Both the position numbers and the translations under genes were made by a program. This document shows, in pieces, positions 27,018-36,400 of a stretch of DNA of 64,000 nucleotides. The stretch spans positions 22,421 through 86,420 of the forward strand of contig JAGVLQ010000018.1 in NCBI GenBank assembly GCA_020054235.1, in the 5' to 3' direction. Position 1 is the stretch's first letter. Each line of letters opens with the position of its first letter. Source of the DNA: Candidatus Babeliales bacterium. Its GTDB lineage: Bacteria; Babelota; Babeliae; Babelales; JACPOV01. The notes under the pieces are model-generated. The model had not been told where the DNA came from. It worked only from the letters and a program-made list of their open reading frames with translations, and did no database searches.

Positions 27018-27530
27018 TTACGTCGTAACCCTAGAACCTTTTAAGGTACTTACCCATGAAATCACTTTGTTGCCGGCATCTCGCATATATGATTTTGTCT
27101 TGGTCAAAATACTTTTTTGTTTTGCAGCTTTTTGTTGTAAAAATTCTTCATAGACACCAAAACGATACCATAATGTTTTTATTTTCCTTTCTTGGGCTTT
27201 ATCGAGATGTTTACTACATAAAGTTTTTTTAGCATCTGCTGCTAACACTGGATTTTTTACTTGAATGGCTATGCGACCCTGCTCTTGAAAATTCGCAACA
27301 TTTTGCTGTATCTTTTTTAAGTCTTTTTCTTTGCCTACTAACTTTTTTTTCTGCTGACCGCGCACTAAATCAGCATAAAATCTTGCAAATTCTTTCTGAT
27401 CTTCTTGCGCAACTACCTCCATTAAAAAATTATCAAAAGTTCCCTCATGAACTTTTAATGAAGTTTCCGCAAAGCAAGTACTGGTAAATATGAGTACCAA
27501 AAGAATAGCACGAACAATTTGTGATCCCAT
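27018..27530 (-). CDS. hypothetical secreted protein
   Basis: 170-aa ORF with a signal peptide; Lys-rich. Confidence 0.45.
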   Translation of the reverse strand: MGSQIVRAILLVLIFTSTCFAETSLKVHEGTFDNFLMEVVAQEDQKEFARFYADLVRGQQKKKLVGKEKDLKKIQQNVANFQEQGRIAIQVKNPVLAADAKKTLCSKHLDKAQERKIKTLWYRFGVYEEFLQQKAAKQKSILTKTKSYMRDAGNKVISWVSTLKGSRVTT

Positions 27531-27544
27531 AGACCCTCCTTTAA

Positions 27545-28939
27545 TTAACGAGATTGTAAATCCTGTTCAATTTTACTTAACTTTTCATTAAGCAACATAT
27601 CATCCTTTAATCGTTGCTCTACTTGTCGAAAGGCATGAATAACTGTTGAATGATCCTGTCGATTTAAATAAAAAGCAATTTCATGCAACGACTTGGTGGT
27701 AAACTTCTTCATACAATACATAGCAACTTGGCGCGCTAAAGACAACTGTTTGCTTCTATTTCGCGATCGAAGATCTGAAAGGCCATACGAATAATGATTT
27801 TCAATCAAAGAAACAATGCGTTCAAAATCAACAACAGCTTGCGTTGTGCTCTGTGGTCGTAATAAAACTTTTTTTGCCAATTCTAAACAAACAGGTTGTT
27901 TCGTTAGGGTAGCAAAAGCTATAATACGAATTAAAGCTCCCTCAAGCTCTCGAATATTAGAATTAACTCGTGATGCAATGAAAGCAGCAACTTCATCAGG
28001 AATTTCTTGATTATTAAGATCTGCCTTGCGCTTTATAATAGCAATTTTTGTTTCTATTGTTGGCAATTGAATGTCAGCAACCAAACCCCATGCCAGGCGA
28101 GATTGCAACCGCTCAGCAAGGCCATCAATATCAGCAGGGTACGAATCACTGGTAAAAACAATTTGCTTATGTGCATCATACATGGCATTGAAAATATGAA
28201 AAAATGCTTCTTGGGTTTGCTCTTTATTTGAAATCGATTGAATATCATCTACCAAAAAAACATCAATAGCCTTATATTTTGCTTGAAATGCATGGACTTT
28301 GTCAAAACGAATAGCATTAATAAATTCATTCACAAAACGTTCTGCAGGCTGATATAAAATTTCAATTTTTTCATAGTGATCCAAAATTTCATTGGCAATA
28401 GCATGTAAAAGATGTGTTTTACCAAGTCCGGACCCTCCATAAATAAAAAGAGGATTATATAGCTTACCTAATTTTTGCGTAATTGCTTGGGCTGCTGCAT
28501 AAGCCATCTGATTATTTGGCCCCTTTACGAAGGTTTCAAATCTATAATTTTTATTAATATGATAACGACCACTTTTTCCGGCCTTTTTTTTCACTAAACC
28601 TGTTCGCGGTGCTTCTGGCAAACGATGAGCAGGAATTATGGCACTACTATTATTTTCAAATGAAGAAGGTAAAACGACTGACCCAGCTTGTGGTGCATCA
28701 ATAAAAACAATCTTGATAACATCAACATGCAACAAACGCTTGAGATGCACTTCAAATAATGTTGTGTAATTGCTCTTTAGCCATTCTTTAACAAACGTGT
28801 TGGGCGCCAGCAAATAAACAATCTTATGCTGAGAGTCCCATTGATAAAAAGAAACCGCTTTCAACCATGTTTCAACAACACGACTTCCGGCTTCTTGGCT
28901 CACAATCGTTAAAAATTGTTCCCAAATCTTTGATAACAC
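27545..28939 (-). CDS. dnaA: chromosomal replication initiator DnaA
   Basis: Walker A GGSGLGKTHLLHA, Walker B FLVDDIQ, sensor NIRELEGAL, and a C-terminal DNA-binding helix (ARQVAMYCMKKFT...IAFYLNRQDHSTVIHA). Confidence 0.9.
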   Translation of the reverse strand: MLSKIWEQFLTIVSQEAGSRVVETWLKAVSFYQWDSQHKIVYLLAPNTFVKEWLKSNYTTLFEVHLKRLLHVDVIKIVFIDAPQAGSVVLPSSFENNSSAIIPAHRLPEAPRTGLVKKKAGKSGRYHINKNYRFETFVKGPNNQMAYAAAQAITQKLGKLYNPLFIYGGSGLGKTHLLHAIANEILDHYEKIEILYQPAERFVNEFINAIRFDKVHAFQAKYKAIDVFLVDDIQSISNKEQTQEAFFHIFNAMYDAHKQIVFTSDSYPADIDGLAERLQSRLAWGLVADIQLPTIETKIAIIKRKADLNNQEIPDEVAAFIASRVNSNIRELEGALIRIIAFATLTKQPVCLELAKKVLLRPQSTTQAVVDFERIVSLIENHYSYGLSDLRSRNRSKQLSLARQVAMYCMKKFTTKSLHEIAFYLNRQDHSTVIHAFRQVEQRLKDDMLLNEKLSKIEQDLQSR

Positions 28940-29274
28940 ACTAACTTTCTAAGTTTTTATTTTTACGAAAAGTTTTTGATTACAACCCTAAATATACATG
29001 AAGTTTATCATGGTATTATAAAAAGAGGCAATACGTTTTTCAAGTTTAAAAATATTAGAAAAAATTCTGTCTCTTTTGTAAATATTACAATAGCGATTTA
29101 AAAGAAAAAAGTAGCCAAAAAAGTTGCCTGTTTTTTTAACACTAAATCTATTATTCTACTATCATTCTGTTTTATAAAGCTGGATTTCATAGATATCAGC
29201 AGCACTCAACGTTCCATGGGGTAAAAAACAATCCATTTGGTTGACCCACGATACTATTGAATTTGTTGAATAAT

Positions 29275-30426
29275 TTAAAGAATTTTATTTTTTTCCAAAT
29301 ACCCCTCAATCCCCTCCACAATACCCTGAGCCAGGAGCTGCTGATAAGAAGGGTTGCTCAGACAACTAGTTTCTGCTTGATTGGTTAAAAAACCCATTTC
29401 AATTAAGGCAGAGGGCACATCGGTACCAAAAAGGACCTGTGCCACTGATTGCTTTACGTTACGATTGTTAACTGGATGATTTTTTGAAACTGTTTTGATA
29501 ACGTTTTCATGTATAGCCTGCGCAAAAGAAAGGCTGGAAGTATCAAGTTTTTGTTGTAAGGTTGCAACTATTTTTTGAACAGAATTTGATGTTGTCCCTA
29601 CCTGCTTCCAAGCAAGTGGTGCACGCGCACTCCAGTACGTTTCGATACCTGAAACAGTTGGTGTTGAGCACCCATTAGCATGTAAGGAAAGAAATAAATC
29701 CACCTTCATAGTATTTGCTTTTGTAGTACGTTCATCAAGCGCAACAAAAACATCGGTATCGCGCGTCAAAGAAACATGATACCCTTTTTTTTTTAACAGA
29801 TGCGCAAGTTTGTTACCAACTTGCAAGTTGATATCTTTTTCTTTAATCATATAATAACCAATTTTTCCTGCATCCTCACCCCCATGGCCAAAATCTAACA
29901 TGATATGAGGTTTACTTTTGAGAATATTATGGTGCGCATTCCGCAGAATGGAACCGTTATGTAGCTGTACTGCTTCCAATGCTTTTTTATTGTGAAAACT
30001 AAAAGCCAAACTTTTCTGATTACTGATTGAATCACAGGTTGCATAATCACAAACAATATATTGTGGATTATATTCTATTGAAATTTTAATACCCTTGACT
30101 GGTTTTTCTTCTTCACTCATTTTAACTCGGTAATGCTCACGCTTTGTGTCATTTAATTTTTGCATCATTTTACGGGCATCATTGTTAGCCAAAATTGCCA
30201 TGGGTAAAAAAAATTCAACTTTTTTATGTGCGCTCCCTGGTGCAATCTCTTCTTGTAAATTTGGCAACGTATTGCATAACGGTGTCTTATCAAAATAACA
30301 AACCACTTTGTCACCAAGCATACCTTGATGATAAAATACTTTGGTCAATTGTGTTGGTATATAGCTTGCAGTAAAGCTTAATCCATTTATTAAAAAAAGA
30401 TAAAGCAATCGATTAACTTTTTTCAT
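29275..30426 (-). CDS. N-acetylmuramoyl-L-alanine amidase (Amidase_3)
   Basis: IMLDFGHGGEDAG, FLSLHANG, GIETYW and LIEMGFLTN motifs, plus a signal peptide. Confidence 0.75.
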   Translation of the reverse strand: MKKVNRLLYLFLINGLSFTASYIPTQLTKVFYHQGMLGDKVVCYFDKTPLCNTLPNLQEEIAPGSAHKKVEFFLPMAILANNDARKMMQKLNDTKREHYRVKMSEEEKPVKGIKISIEYNPQYIVCDYATCDSISNQKSLAFSFHNKKALEAVQLHNGSILRNAHHNILKSKPHIMLDFGHGGEDAGKIGYYMIKEKDINLQVGNKLAHLLKKKGYHVSLTRDTDVFVALDERTTKANTMKVDLFLSLHANGCSTPTVSGIETYWSARAPLAWKQVGTTSNSVQKIVATLQQKLDTSSLSFAQAIHENVIKTVSKNHPVNNRNVKQSVAQVLFGTDVPSALIEMGFLTNQAETSCLSNPSYQQLLAQGIVEGIEGYLEKNKIL

Positions 30427-30564
30427 AGGCCCCCCTCATAAACCCTCGTTCTTTTCAATTAAAGGTTACCAATTTAAATTTCTGTTAGTCAATAAATTTA
30501 TTTTTAAAAATAAAAAAAGGTTGTGTCCGAACAACACAACCAAAATAGTTGAATTTTCTAAAAC

Positions 30565-31593
30565 TTAATTTTTTTCACATACATAAGCCAAGCGTCGAGA
30601 ACGCTCCCATGCTTTTAAAAAAGAATCGATTGGGTAGGTAACACAGGTTTTGCCGTTCGTTTCAAAAGCAGGATCATGGCAAATTATTTTTTGCCCCGTT
30701 TTGTCCCATCCAACGACGACTAATAAATGACCATCATTGTAATCTTTTGGCGCCCCTTCCAATGAACCTCGCACACTTACCACCACCGGAATTTTTCTTT
30801 GCAATAATTTATGTAACGCTTGAAATGATGATAATCTTTGGACATAAAAGCCAAAATCCCCTTTACAATATTCAAACGCATGCGCAATATTAAACGGCCA
30901 ACTACCATACGCATCAAGGCCTTTATCATGGGCTTTATTGGCAAAGTCAACCGGATCTACCTGCTCTTTGAGCAAATAACTCAGTAACATGCTGCACGAA
31001 GTTGGTGAACAAAGCACTTCTTTTTTAGGATGATCAAGTGTCATTTGAGAAAATTCAGGCACATGACGCACATGAAACGATGCTAAATCTTTTAACCCAT
31101 TTACTGATTCATTTTTAAAGTTACATAAATTAGAAATGGAAACAAACAAACCACGCAAGCCTGAACATTCAGCCCCTTCACATGCTTCAACTTTTATGCA
31201 TAAGCAATCAGCAAGATGCATCTTAGGCATTTCCAAGCGTACATGAAAAAATTGGGGGCCAAATAAGGGCTTATCTAAAAATGAGCGTTGTACTCCTACA
31301 CCCCACTCTGACATCGTGTGCCATTTATGCCAATTTTTGGTTTTAGCATCACGCACACGCACTTTAAAACGATAAAATCCTTTTGTCGGCCGAAAGGCAT
31401 TCCAAGAAAAAATAAGTTGATTAAATTCTGGCGTGTTTTCTTTATAAAACAATAATGAATTACGATATTTGTGGCCTTCAATTTCCCCCATACTAAAATT
31501 TTTTTTATAAAGCCACGTCCATTGATCATTCGAAAAGGTAACCATGAATAGCGAGAAAACGAAAGTAATAAAACAATTTTTTATAATTTCCAT
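30565..31593 (-). CDS. peptidase C39-like (papain-fold) domain protein
   Basis: VPEFSQ...LCSPTSCSMLLSYLL (Gln/Cys), IPVVVSV and GHLLVVVGWDKTGQKIICHDPA (His/Asp), plus an N-terminal signal/anchor. Confidence 0.55.
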   Translation of the reverse strand: MEIIKNCFITFVFSLFMVTFSNDQWTWLYKKNFSMGEIEGHKYRNSLLFYKENTPEFNQLIFSWNAFRPTKGFYRFKVRVRDAKTKNWHKWHTMSEWGVGVQRSFLDKPLFGPQFFHVRLEMPKMHLADCLCIKVEACEGAECSGLRGLFVSISNLCNFKNESVNGLKDLASFHVRHVPEFSQMTLDHPKKEVLCSPTSCSMLLSYLLKEQVDPVDFANKAHDKGLDAYGSWPFNIAHAFEYCKGDFGFYVQRLSSFQALHKLLQRKIPVVVSVRGSLEGAPKDYNDGHLLVVVGWDKTGQKIICHDPAFETNGKTCVTYPIDSFLKAWERSRRLAYVCEKN

Positions 31594-32009
31594 AATTACT
31601 TCACTGGTAAGTTGTTACACTTATTTTTAAATCAATTATCAGCAAATTAATAGTATAAATATTCAGTTCTTGCTGCATTCAATTCAATTTCGATTTCATC
31701 AAAATCACTGATGTCCTAATTGAGTCGCAGCTTGCCCGGCATAGTCTTAGCCTTCAAAACCATCCGAACTCATTATTTTTTAGTAGTAATTTCCGTTCAT
31801 ATGGTTCAACTGGCTCACTATGAGCAGGGGTTTAATTTTTCCTGTTTCAATCATCTTTCCGCTTCAAGGTTAATACATCGGCGTTCTTTAAAGCAATACA
31901 TTAGGCATCTGACAAATCTCTTGAGATTTTATATTCAAATAGAAAATAATAATAATGTAAAATATTTAAACTTACACTAATATGTTTTTTCAAATTGAGA
32001 GGGAGAACC

Positions 32010-33224
32010 ATGAAAAAATCATTATTATTTAATTTTTTGATTATGCACAGTTTTTCTTGCGCCTTACAAACACCCTATCAAGCTGTGGTTATTGTACCAG
32101 TTGCTGACTTAGCTGGCCAGTCATTACAAGAAAAGAGTAAAGAACCGGTAACTTCAATTTATAAAAAACTTTCTATTTGCGGCAAAAAAGGAGAATTTGC
32201 CTGCCCGCGCGTACATCAGGCGCTATTTCATGAATTTGTCACCGTACTAGAAGAGCGCAATCAAGAAGTATTGGTTAAAATAAATAATTTTTTTTTCGAA
32301 ACAGAGAAAGACTCTACGCGCTTCGACACTTTTTGGTCGCTCAAAAAGAACTTTATGCCCCTTGCCCATTTAGAAAAACATAACGTAAACCTTGCCTTAT
32401 TGCCTGAGCCTGTCATGGTTAACCAAACACCAAGACACCAACAAAAAATTACAACATTGCTCTATCCCTATAGAGATACGGTAAATGGCCTTACGTACTC
32501 AGCAGGAACCCGTTTTGTCCAGGCCCCTTTAGAAAATCATGAACGCGTTACTGCTTACGCACTCAATCCACGCAACACGTATGTGCATAAAATTGAATTT
32601 CCCAAAAATTTAGTAAGTTCCACCGAAAATTTAACGTTAGCACAAAGAAAAAAACTCTTTGTTCGCTTGTGCCGCATGTGGGCGCATGAACAAAAAGGCT
32701 TGATCCCCTATGTTTGGGGTGGTTGCAGTTTAACGGCCTTTTATCCACAAAAAGATTTTACAACACATGAAGACAACGATCACCATGGTAATCCGATAAC
32801 GTATTTTAAACGAAGTGATGTACGTCATCCGCATAGTGGTTTTGATTGTGCTGGGTTGATTGCACGTGCTGCGCAAACAGCAGGCTTACCGTATTATTTT
32901 AAAAACTCAACAACGCTTGCAAAGCATCTACCACTGCATACCAAAAATTCGCCGTTGCAAGCTGGCGATGTTATTTGGTTTCCCGGCCATGTTATGGTTA
33001 TGGGAAATATCGAAAAAAATACGGTGATTGAAGCACGGCATTACAGCCATGGCTACGGCAAAGTGCATGAAATACCACTCGCTGAAGCTTTTAAGGATAT
33101 CAGCACCTATGAACAGCTCAAGCAGGCATTTTTAGAAAATAAGCCCTTATTGCGGCTTGATAAAGATAAGAATGTGATTCAGAAAATTAATAATTTTAAG
33201 TTGCTAGAAATGAAGGTCGGTTAG
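32010..33224 (+). CDS. NlpC/P60-family cell-wall peptidase
   Basis: The ATG at 32010 follows GAGGGAG (the track start 31995 is TTG). Signal peptide present. Motifs SGFDCAGLIARAAQTAGL (Cys) and WFPGHVMVM (His). Confidence 0.7.
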   Translation: MKKSLLFNFLIMHSFSCALQTPYQAVVIVPVADLAGQSLQEKSKEPVTSIYKKLSICGKKGEFACPRVHQALFHEFVTVLEERNQEVLVKINNFFFETEKDSTRFDTFWSLKKNFMPLAHLEKHNVNLALLPEPVMVNQTPRHQQKITTLLYPYRDTVNGLTYSAGTRFVQAPLENHERVTAYALNPRNTYVHKIEFPKNLVSSTENLTLAQRKKLFVRLCRMWAHEQKGLIPYVWGGCSLTAFYPQKDFTTHEDNDHHGNPITYFKRSDVRHPHSGFDCAGLIARAAQTAGLPYYFKNSTTLAKHLPLHTKNSPLQAGDVIWFPGHVMVMGNIEKNTVIEARHYSHGYGKVHEIPLAEAFKDISTYEQLKQAFLENKPLLRLDKDKNVIQKINNFKLLEMKVG

Positions 33225-34258
33225 TTCTTAACAACTTGATTCCATTTTGCATCGATAGAAACTTTAGGATTCTTCAATAAATTTTCTTCTCTGTCCGATT
33301 CTTTTTTCTTCTTCTCACCCAAAATCTCACTAACCAAATTTTGCAATGCATAGACGCGCGCATACGCATTGAATAATTGCATGCAAACCTTGGTTGCTTT
33401 TTGAGTGCAGGGGACAAAAGAAATTGCTAATGGATTCCACCAGCGCCATTGAGAAAGATAACATATTGAACTGCCAGCGTGGCCTTGGCATGAATTTTTG
33501 AAACAACCTTCGAAATTTTCATGATCAGGGTTTGAGTTTTTCTCAACAAGAGAGCGCAAAGCAACCAGTGCTTTTTCTGAATCAATAGTATCAGGAAGAG
33601 CTATCTTCAAGTTTTCCTGAGATTCTTTAGTAAGTTGTGCTGGTAAATCAGTATATTGACCAACATATTTGATGTGCGTTTCCAGTAACTCTTTTTCTTC
33701 TTTTAGTTTTTCACTGATCTTTGCAAGATGATCTGTACAATCATTAAATTTAATTTCTTTTAAAGCTTTTTTAACTTCATCTTTATTATCAATAATATTT
33801 TTGTATGTTGCATAATTCGTTTTCCATCGAGCAAACATAAATCGAGGATCGTTCACATCACTTGCCTTTTCTTCAGCTTTAATCAACTGATCTTCAATCT
33901 TGTAAAAGCTATAGTAATGCTTTAAACCTAAACCAATTAAAACAGCCAAGCTTGCACCAAGTGTTTTTTGAGGGCCTAATTGTTCCGCTACTTTATAAGC
34001 ACAAAATGGTGCGGCACCAACAACATTTTTAGTTAATTCTAAGAAATTTCCGGTACCCATAAGACAACTGCCAGAAACAAAAGTTCCAACGGCAAGAGAA
34101 AGTGGCAAGGCATAATCACTCGTAAATTTTTGTAAATTTTTAACGCAAGAACTTGCTTGATTTTTTACAGATTGAAAATTATAAGCCTGGATTGCAGAAG
34201 AAACTGCTACTGTTGAAAAAAGAACAAGTAATAATTTTTTTTGGTATAATCGTACCAT
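33221..34258 (-). CDS. hypothetical secreted protein (paralogue of 34347..35126)
   Basis: The ATG at 34258 is preceded by AAGTGGAGGTTATTATT (the track start 34273 is GTG, inside the RBS). Signal peptide present. KTLGASLAVLIGLGLKHYYSFYKIE aligns with KTMGASMLAALGIYATHAAYVGYQE of the neighbour. Confidence 0.5.
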   Translation of the reverse strand: MVRLYQKKLLLVLFSTVAVSSAIQAYNFQSVKNQASSCVKNLQKFTSDYALPLSLAVGTFVSGSCLMGTGNFLELTKNVVGAAPFCAYKVAEQLGPQKTLGASLAVLIGLGLKHYYSFYKIEDQLIKAEEKASDVNDPRFMFARWKTNYATYKNIIDNKDEVKKALKEIKFNDCTDHLAKISEKLKEEKELLETHIKYVGQYTDLPAQLTKESQENLKIALPDTIDSEKALVALRSLVEKNSNPDHENFEGCFKNSCQGHAGSSICYLSQWRWWNPLAISFVPCTQKATKVCMQLFNAYARVYALQNLVSEILGEKKKKESDREENLLKNPKVSIDAKWNQVVKN

Positions 34259-34346
34259 AATAATAACCTCCACTTGAGAAAATAGCTTAAATACAGCTAT
34301 TACAGTTATTAGTATAGCAGAAACAAAAGAGGCCTCAACGGGCTCT

Positions 34347-35126
34347 CTAGACGCGCGGCCAATAATCCTCTGAAACTTCAGACCTTATCTGGGCAACAAT
34401 ATCGCGAATGACTTCAAGGCGTTTCATCATCTGGACAATTTCAATGTAAAGCTTGGAAGCTCGATTAAAGTTAGGCCATAACATACGCTTCCAGGTTACA
34501 TCAGGGTGAAATGCTTCTGGTTGGTCAACCGTTCGATAAATGGTGGTGTACGCTTGCAAACGCTTTTTGTCTTGCTCAAGATCAAATAGTTCAGCATTCA
34601 GTGCTGTCATAACCTGGCTCGGCTTTGGAGATTTGATTTTTTTTGTTTCGTGGATAATTTCAATGCGCTGTGCATGCACATCACGAATAAATGCTGTACG
34701 TACTAACATTCGTTCTTCATGACATAACCAAGCAGTCGGCCAATAGTAGCCATCGCCATAACGGTCATCAAGCTGGCGCCAACGACAGAATAAAAATTTT
34801 TCTTCAGGATAAAAGTTGTTCCAATAATCGACCGCCTTGGTGGTCAAACAATATTTTTTTTCAATCGCACTTATTTCTTGATAACCAACATAGGCAGCAT
34901 GTGTCGCATAAATACCAAGTGCAGCAAGCATACTAGCGCCCATTGTTTTCCCACCTGCAAAACTGGTTACGCCAACCGTTGATGCTAGAACATAAGGACC
35001 ATAATAACGAATCTGACATTTGGTATCTTCAATGCGCTCTTTGATATAGTTAATACTTGACGCAAAATCTGCTTGTGCGCTAAAAGAAAAAATAAGAAGT
35101 AATGAACAAAAAATTTTTTGCATCAT
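34347..35126 (-). CDS. hypothetical secreted protein (paralogue of 33221..34258)
   Basis: 259-aa ORF with a signal peptide, sharing a Gly-zipper-like hydrophobic segment and a FxFxRW motif with the neighbour. Confidence 0.5.
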   Translation of the reverse strand: MMQKIFCSLLLIFSFSAQADFASSINYIKERIEDTKCQIRYYGPYVLASTVGVTSFAGGKTMGASMLAALGIYATHAAYVGYQEISAIEKKYCLTTKAVDYWNNFYPEEKFLFCRWRQLDDRYGDGYYWPTAWLCHEERMLVRTAFIRDVHAQRIEIIHETKKIKSPKPSQVMTALNAELFDLEQDKKRLQAYTTIYRTVDQPEAFHPDVTWKRMLWPNFNRASKLYIEIVQMMKRLEVIRDIVAQIRSEVSEDYWPRV

Positions 35127-35181
35127 AGATCCTTTTGATATTGAGTAGATAGTATTTTAACAAATAATAAAAAGGAGATCC

Positions 35182-35667
35182 ATGGAAACTAACTATACCT
35201 TGCGCGATTTTTTACCGTTAATCATAATTTTTTCAATTGTTTTTGGGCTAACTGCTGCAAGTCAATACATCCGCGGCTTTTCATGGCAAAGCACTATGGC
35301 AGATTTTATGGGATTCTTTTTTATCATCTTTGGCAGCTTTAAAATCATGAATCTTCATGGTTTTGTAAAAGCTTACAAAATGTATGATATTATTGCCCAA
35401 CGTAGCACAGCCTATACCTACGCATATCCGTTTATTGAAATTTCGCTCGGTATTGCTTATTTGGCTCGCTTGTTTCCTTTTGCAACAAACATTATTACCT
35501 TGCTTATCATGACTATAAGCAGTATTGGCGTTGCCGTAGAATTGGCACAACAAAAACAATTTACGTGCGCTTGCTTAGGAGCATTATTCAATATTCCCAT
35601 GACGTACATAACACTTGCAGAGGACTTCTTAATGGCACTAATGGCTCTCGCAAACATTTTATTTTAA
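35182..35667 (+). CDS. four-TM membrane protein, MauE/DoxX-like (tentative)
   Basis: 161 aa with four hydrophobic helices and a CACLG motif in the last helix. Confidence 0.4.
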   Translation: METNYTLRDFLPLIIIFSIVFGLTAASQYIRGFSWQSTMADFMGFFFIIFGSFKIMNLHGFVKAYKMYDIIAQRSTAYTYAYPFIEISLGIAYLARLFPFATNIITLLIMTISSIGVAVELAQQKQFTCACLGALFNIPMTYITLAEDFLMALMALANILF

Positions 35668-36281
35668 TTATTTTTTAAATACTTTTTTTTGTTGTTTTGA
35701 TTATGTATTTCATCTTCATGTCGATTACGCGATGAAGAAGTTGTAAAGGCCTTAAAGCATGCTCTACAAGAATAAGGCCTTTCTCCTGTATGTACACGCA
35801 AATGCTCGGTTAGTGTTGATTTTTGCGCAAATCCTTTTTTACAGTAATTGCATACAAATGGTTTTTCACCCGTATGTATTCTAGAATGAATTACAAGATG
35901 CGCTGGGCGCTGAAATTCTTTTCCACACACATGACAGACATGATTTTTATTTTTTTTAAGAGGTTCATGCTGCGGCTTAAAGGGAACTTCAAACTTGGTA
36001 CTTTGAGGAGTTACAAAGTGCTCAATAGCTAAAGGACCATTTTTATTTGAAAATTGGTTCTTATAAGCAGCATATACCGGTAACACTCGCAACACATCAA
36101 CAGGAGACTCGCAGGTTGATTTATCATTAACAAAAAATGATATCGCCATTTTTGGACTTGTATGTGAAGTAGGCGAAACCAAAAATTTAATTGAGGTTTT
36201 ATCTAATTTTTCCATCGACCAAAGCGACACATAATTTACCGAAAACAACGCAAAAAAAACTAACATGTACTTTATTATCAT
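35664..36281 (-). CDS. signal-peptide protein with three tandem Krueppel-type C2H2 zinc fingers
   Basis: [78 protein letters not shown] (nt 35703-35942). The N-terminus is [22 protein letters not shown]. Confidence 0.8.
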   Translation of the reverse strand: MIIKYMLVFFALFSVNYVSLWSMEKLDKTSIKFLVSPTSHTSPKMAISFFVNDKSTCESPVDVLRVLPVYAAYKNQFSNKNGPLAIEHFVTPQSTKFEVPFKPQHEPLKKNKNHVCHVCGKEFQRPAHLVIHSRIHTGEKPFVCNYCKKGFAQKSTLTEHLRVHTGERPYSCRACFKAFTTSSSRNRHEDEIHNQNNKKKYLKNN

Positions 36282-36400
36282 AATATCTCTTTCCTAAAAA
36301 CAAGAATTGTTGATTTTTTTTATAAAAATAATATCGTATTAATGATACTCAATATTAAAAATAATGTCAAATATAAAATTTATAAATTAAAGTTGAGCCA

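Noticed and set aside
28940-29274. oriC / DnaA boxes upstream of dnaA
   Set aside because: I scanned the 335-nt AT-rich spacer by eye for TTATCCACA/TGTGGATAA allowing two mismatches and found no convincing box cluster. A position-weight or GC-skew analysis of the whole genome is needed to locate the origin.
31720-31980. 86-aa plus-strand ORF in the long spacer
   Set aside because: It has a TTG start, no RBS, low-complexity composition and no recognisable motif. It is treated as non-coding.
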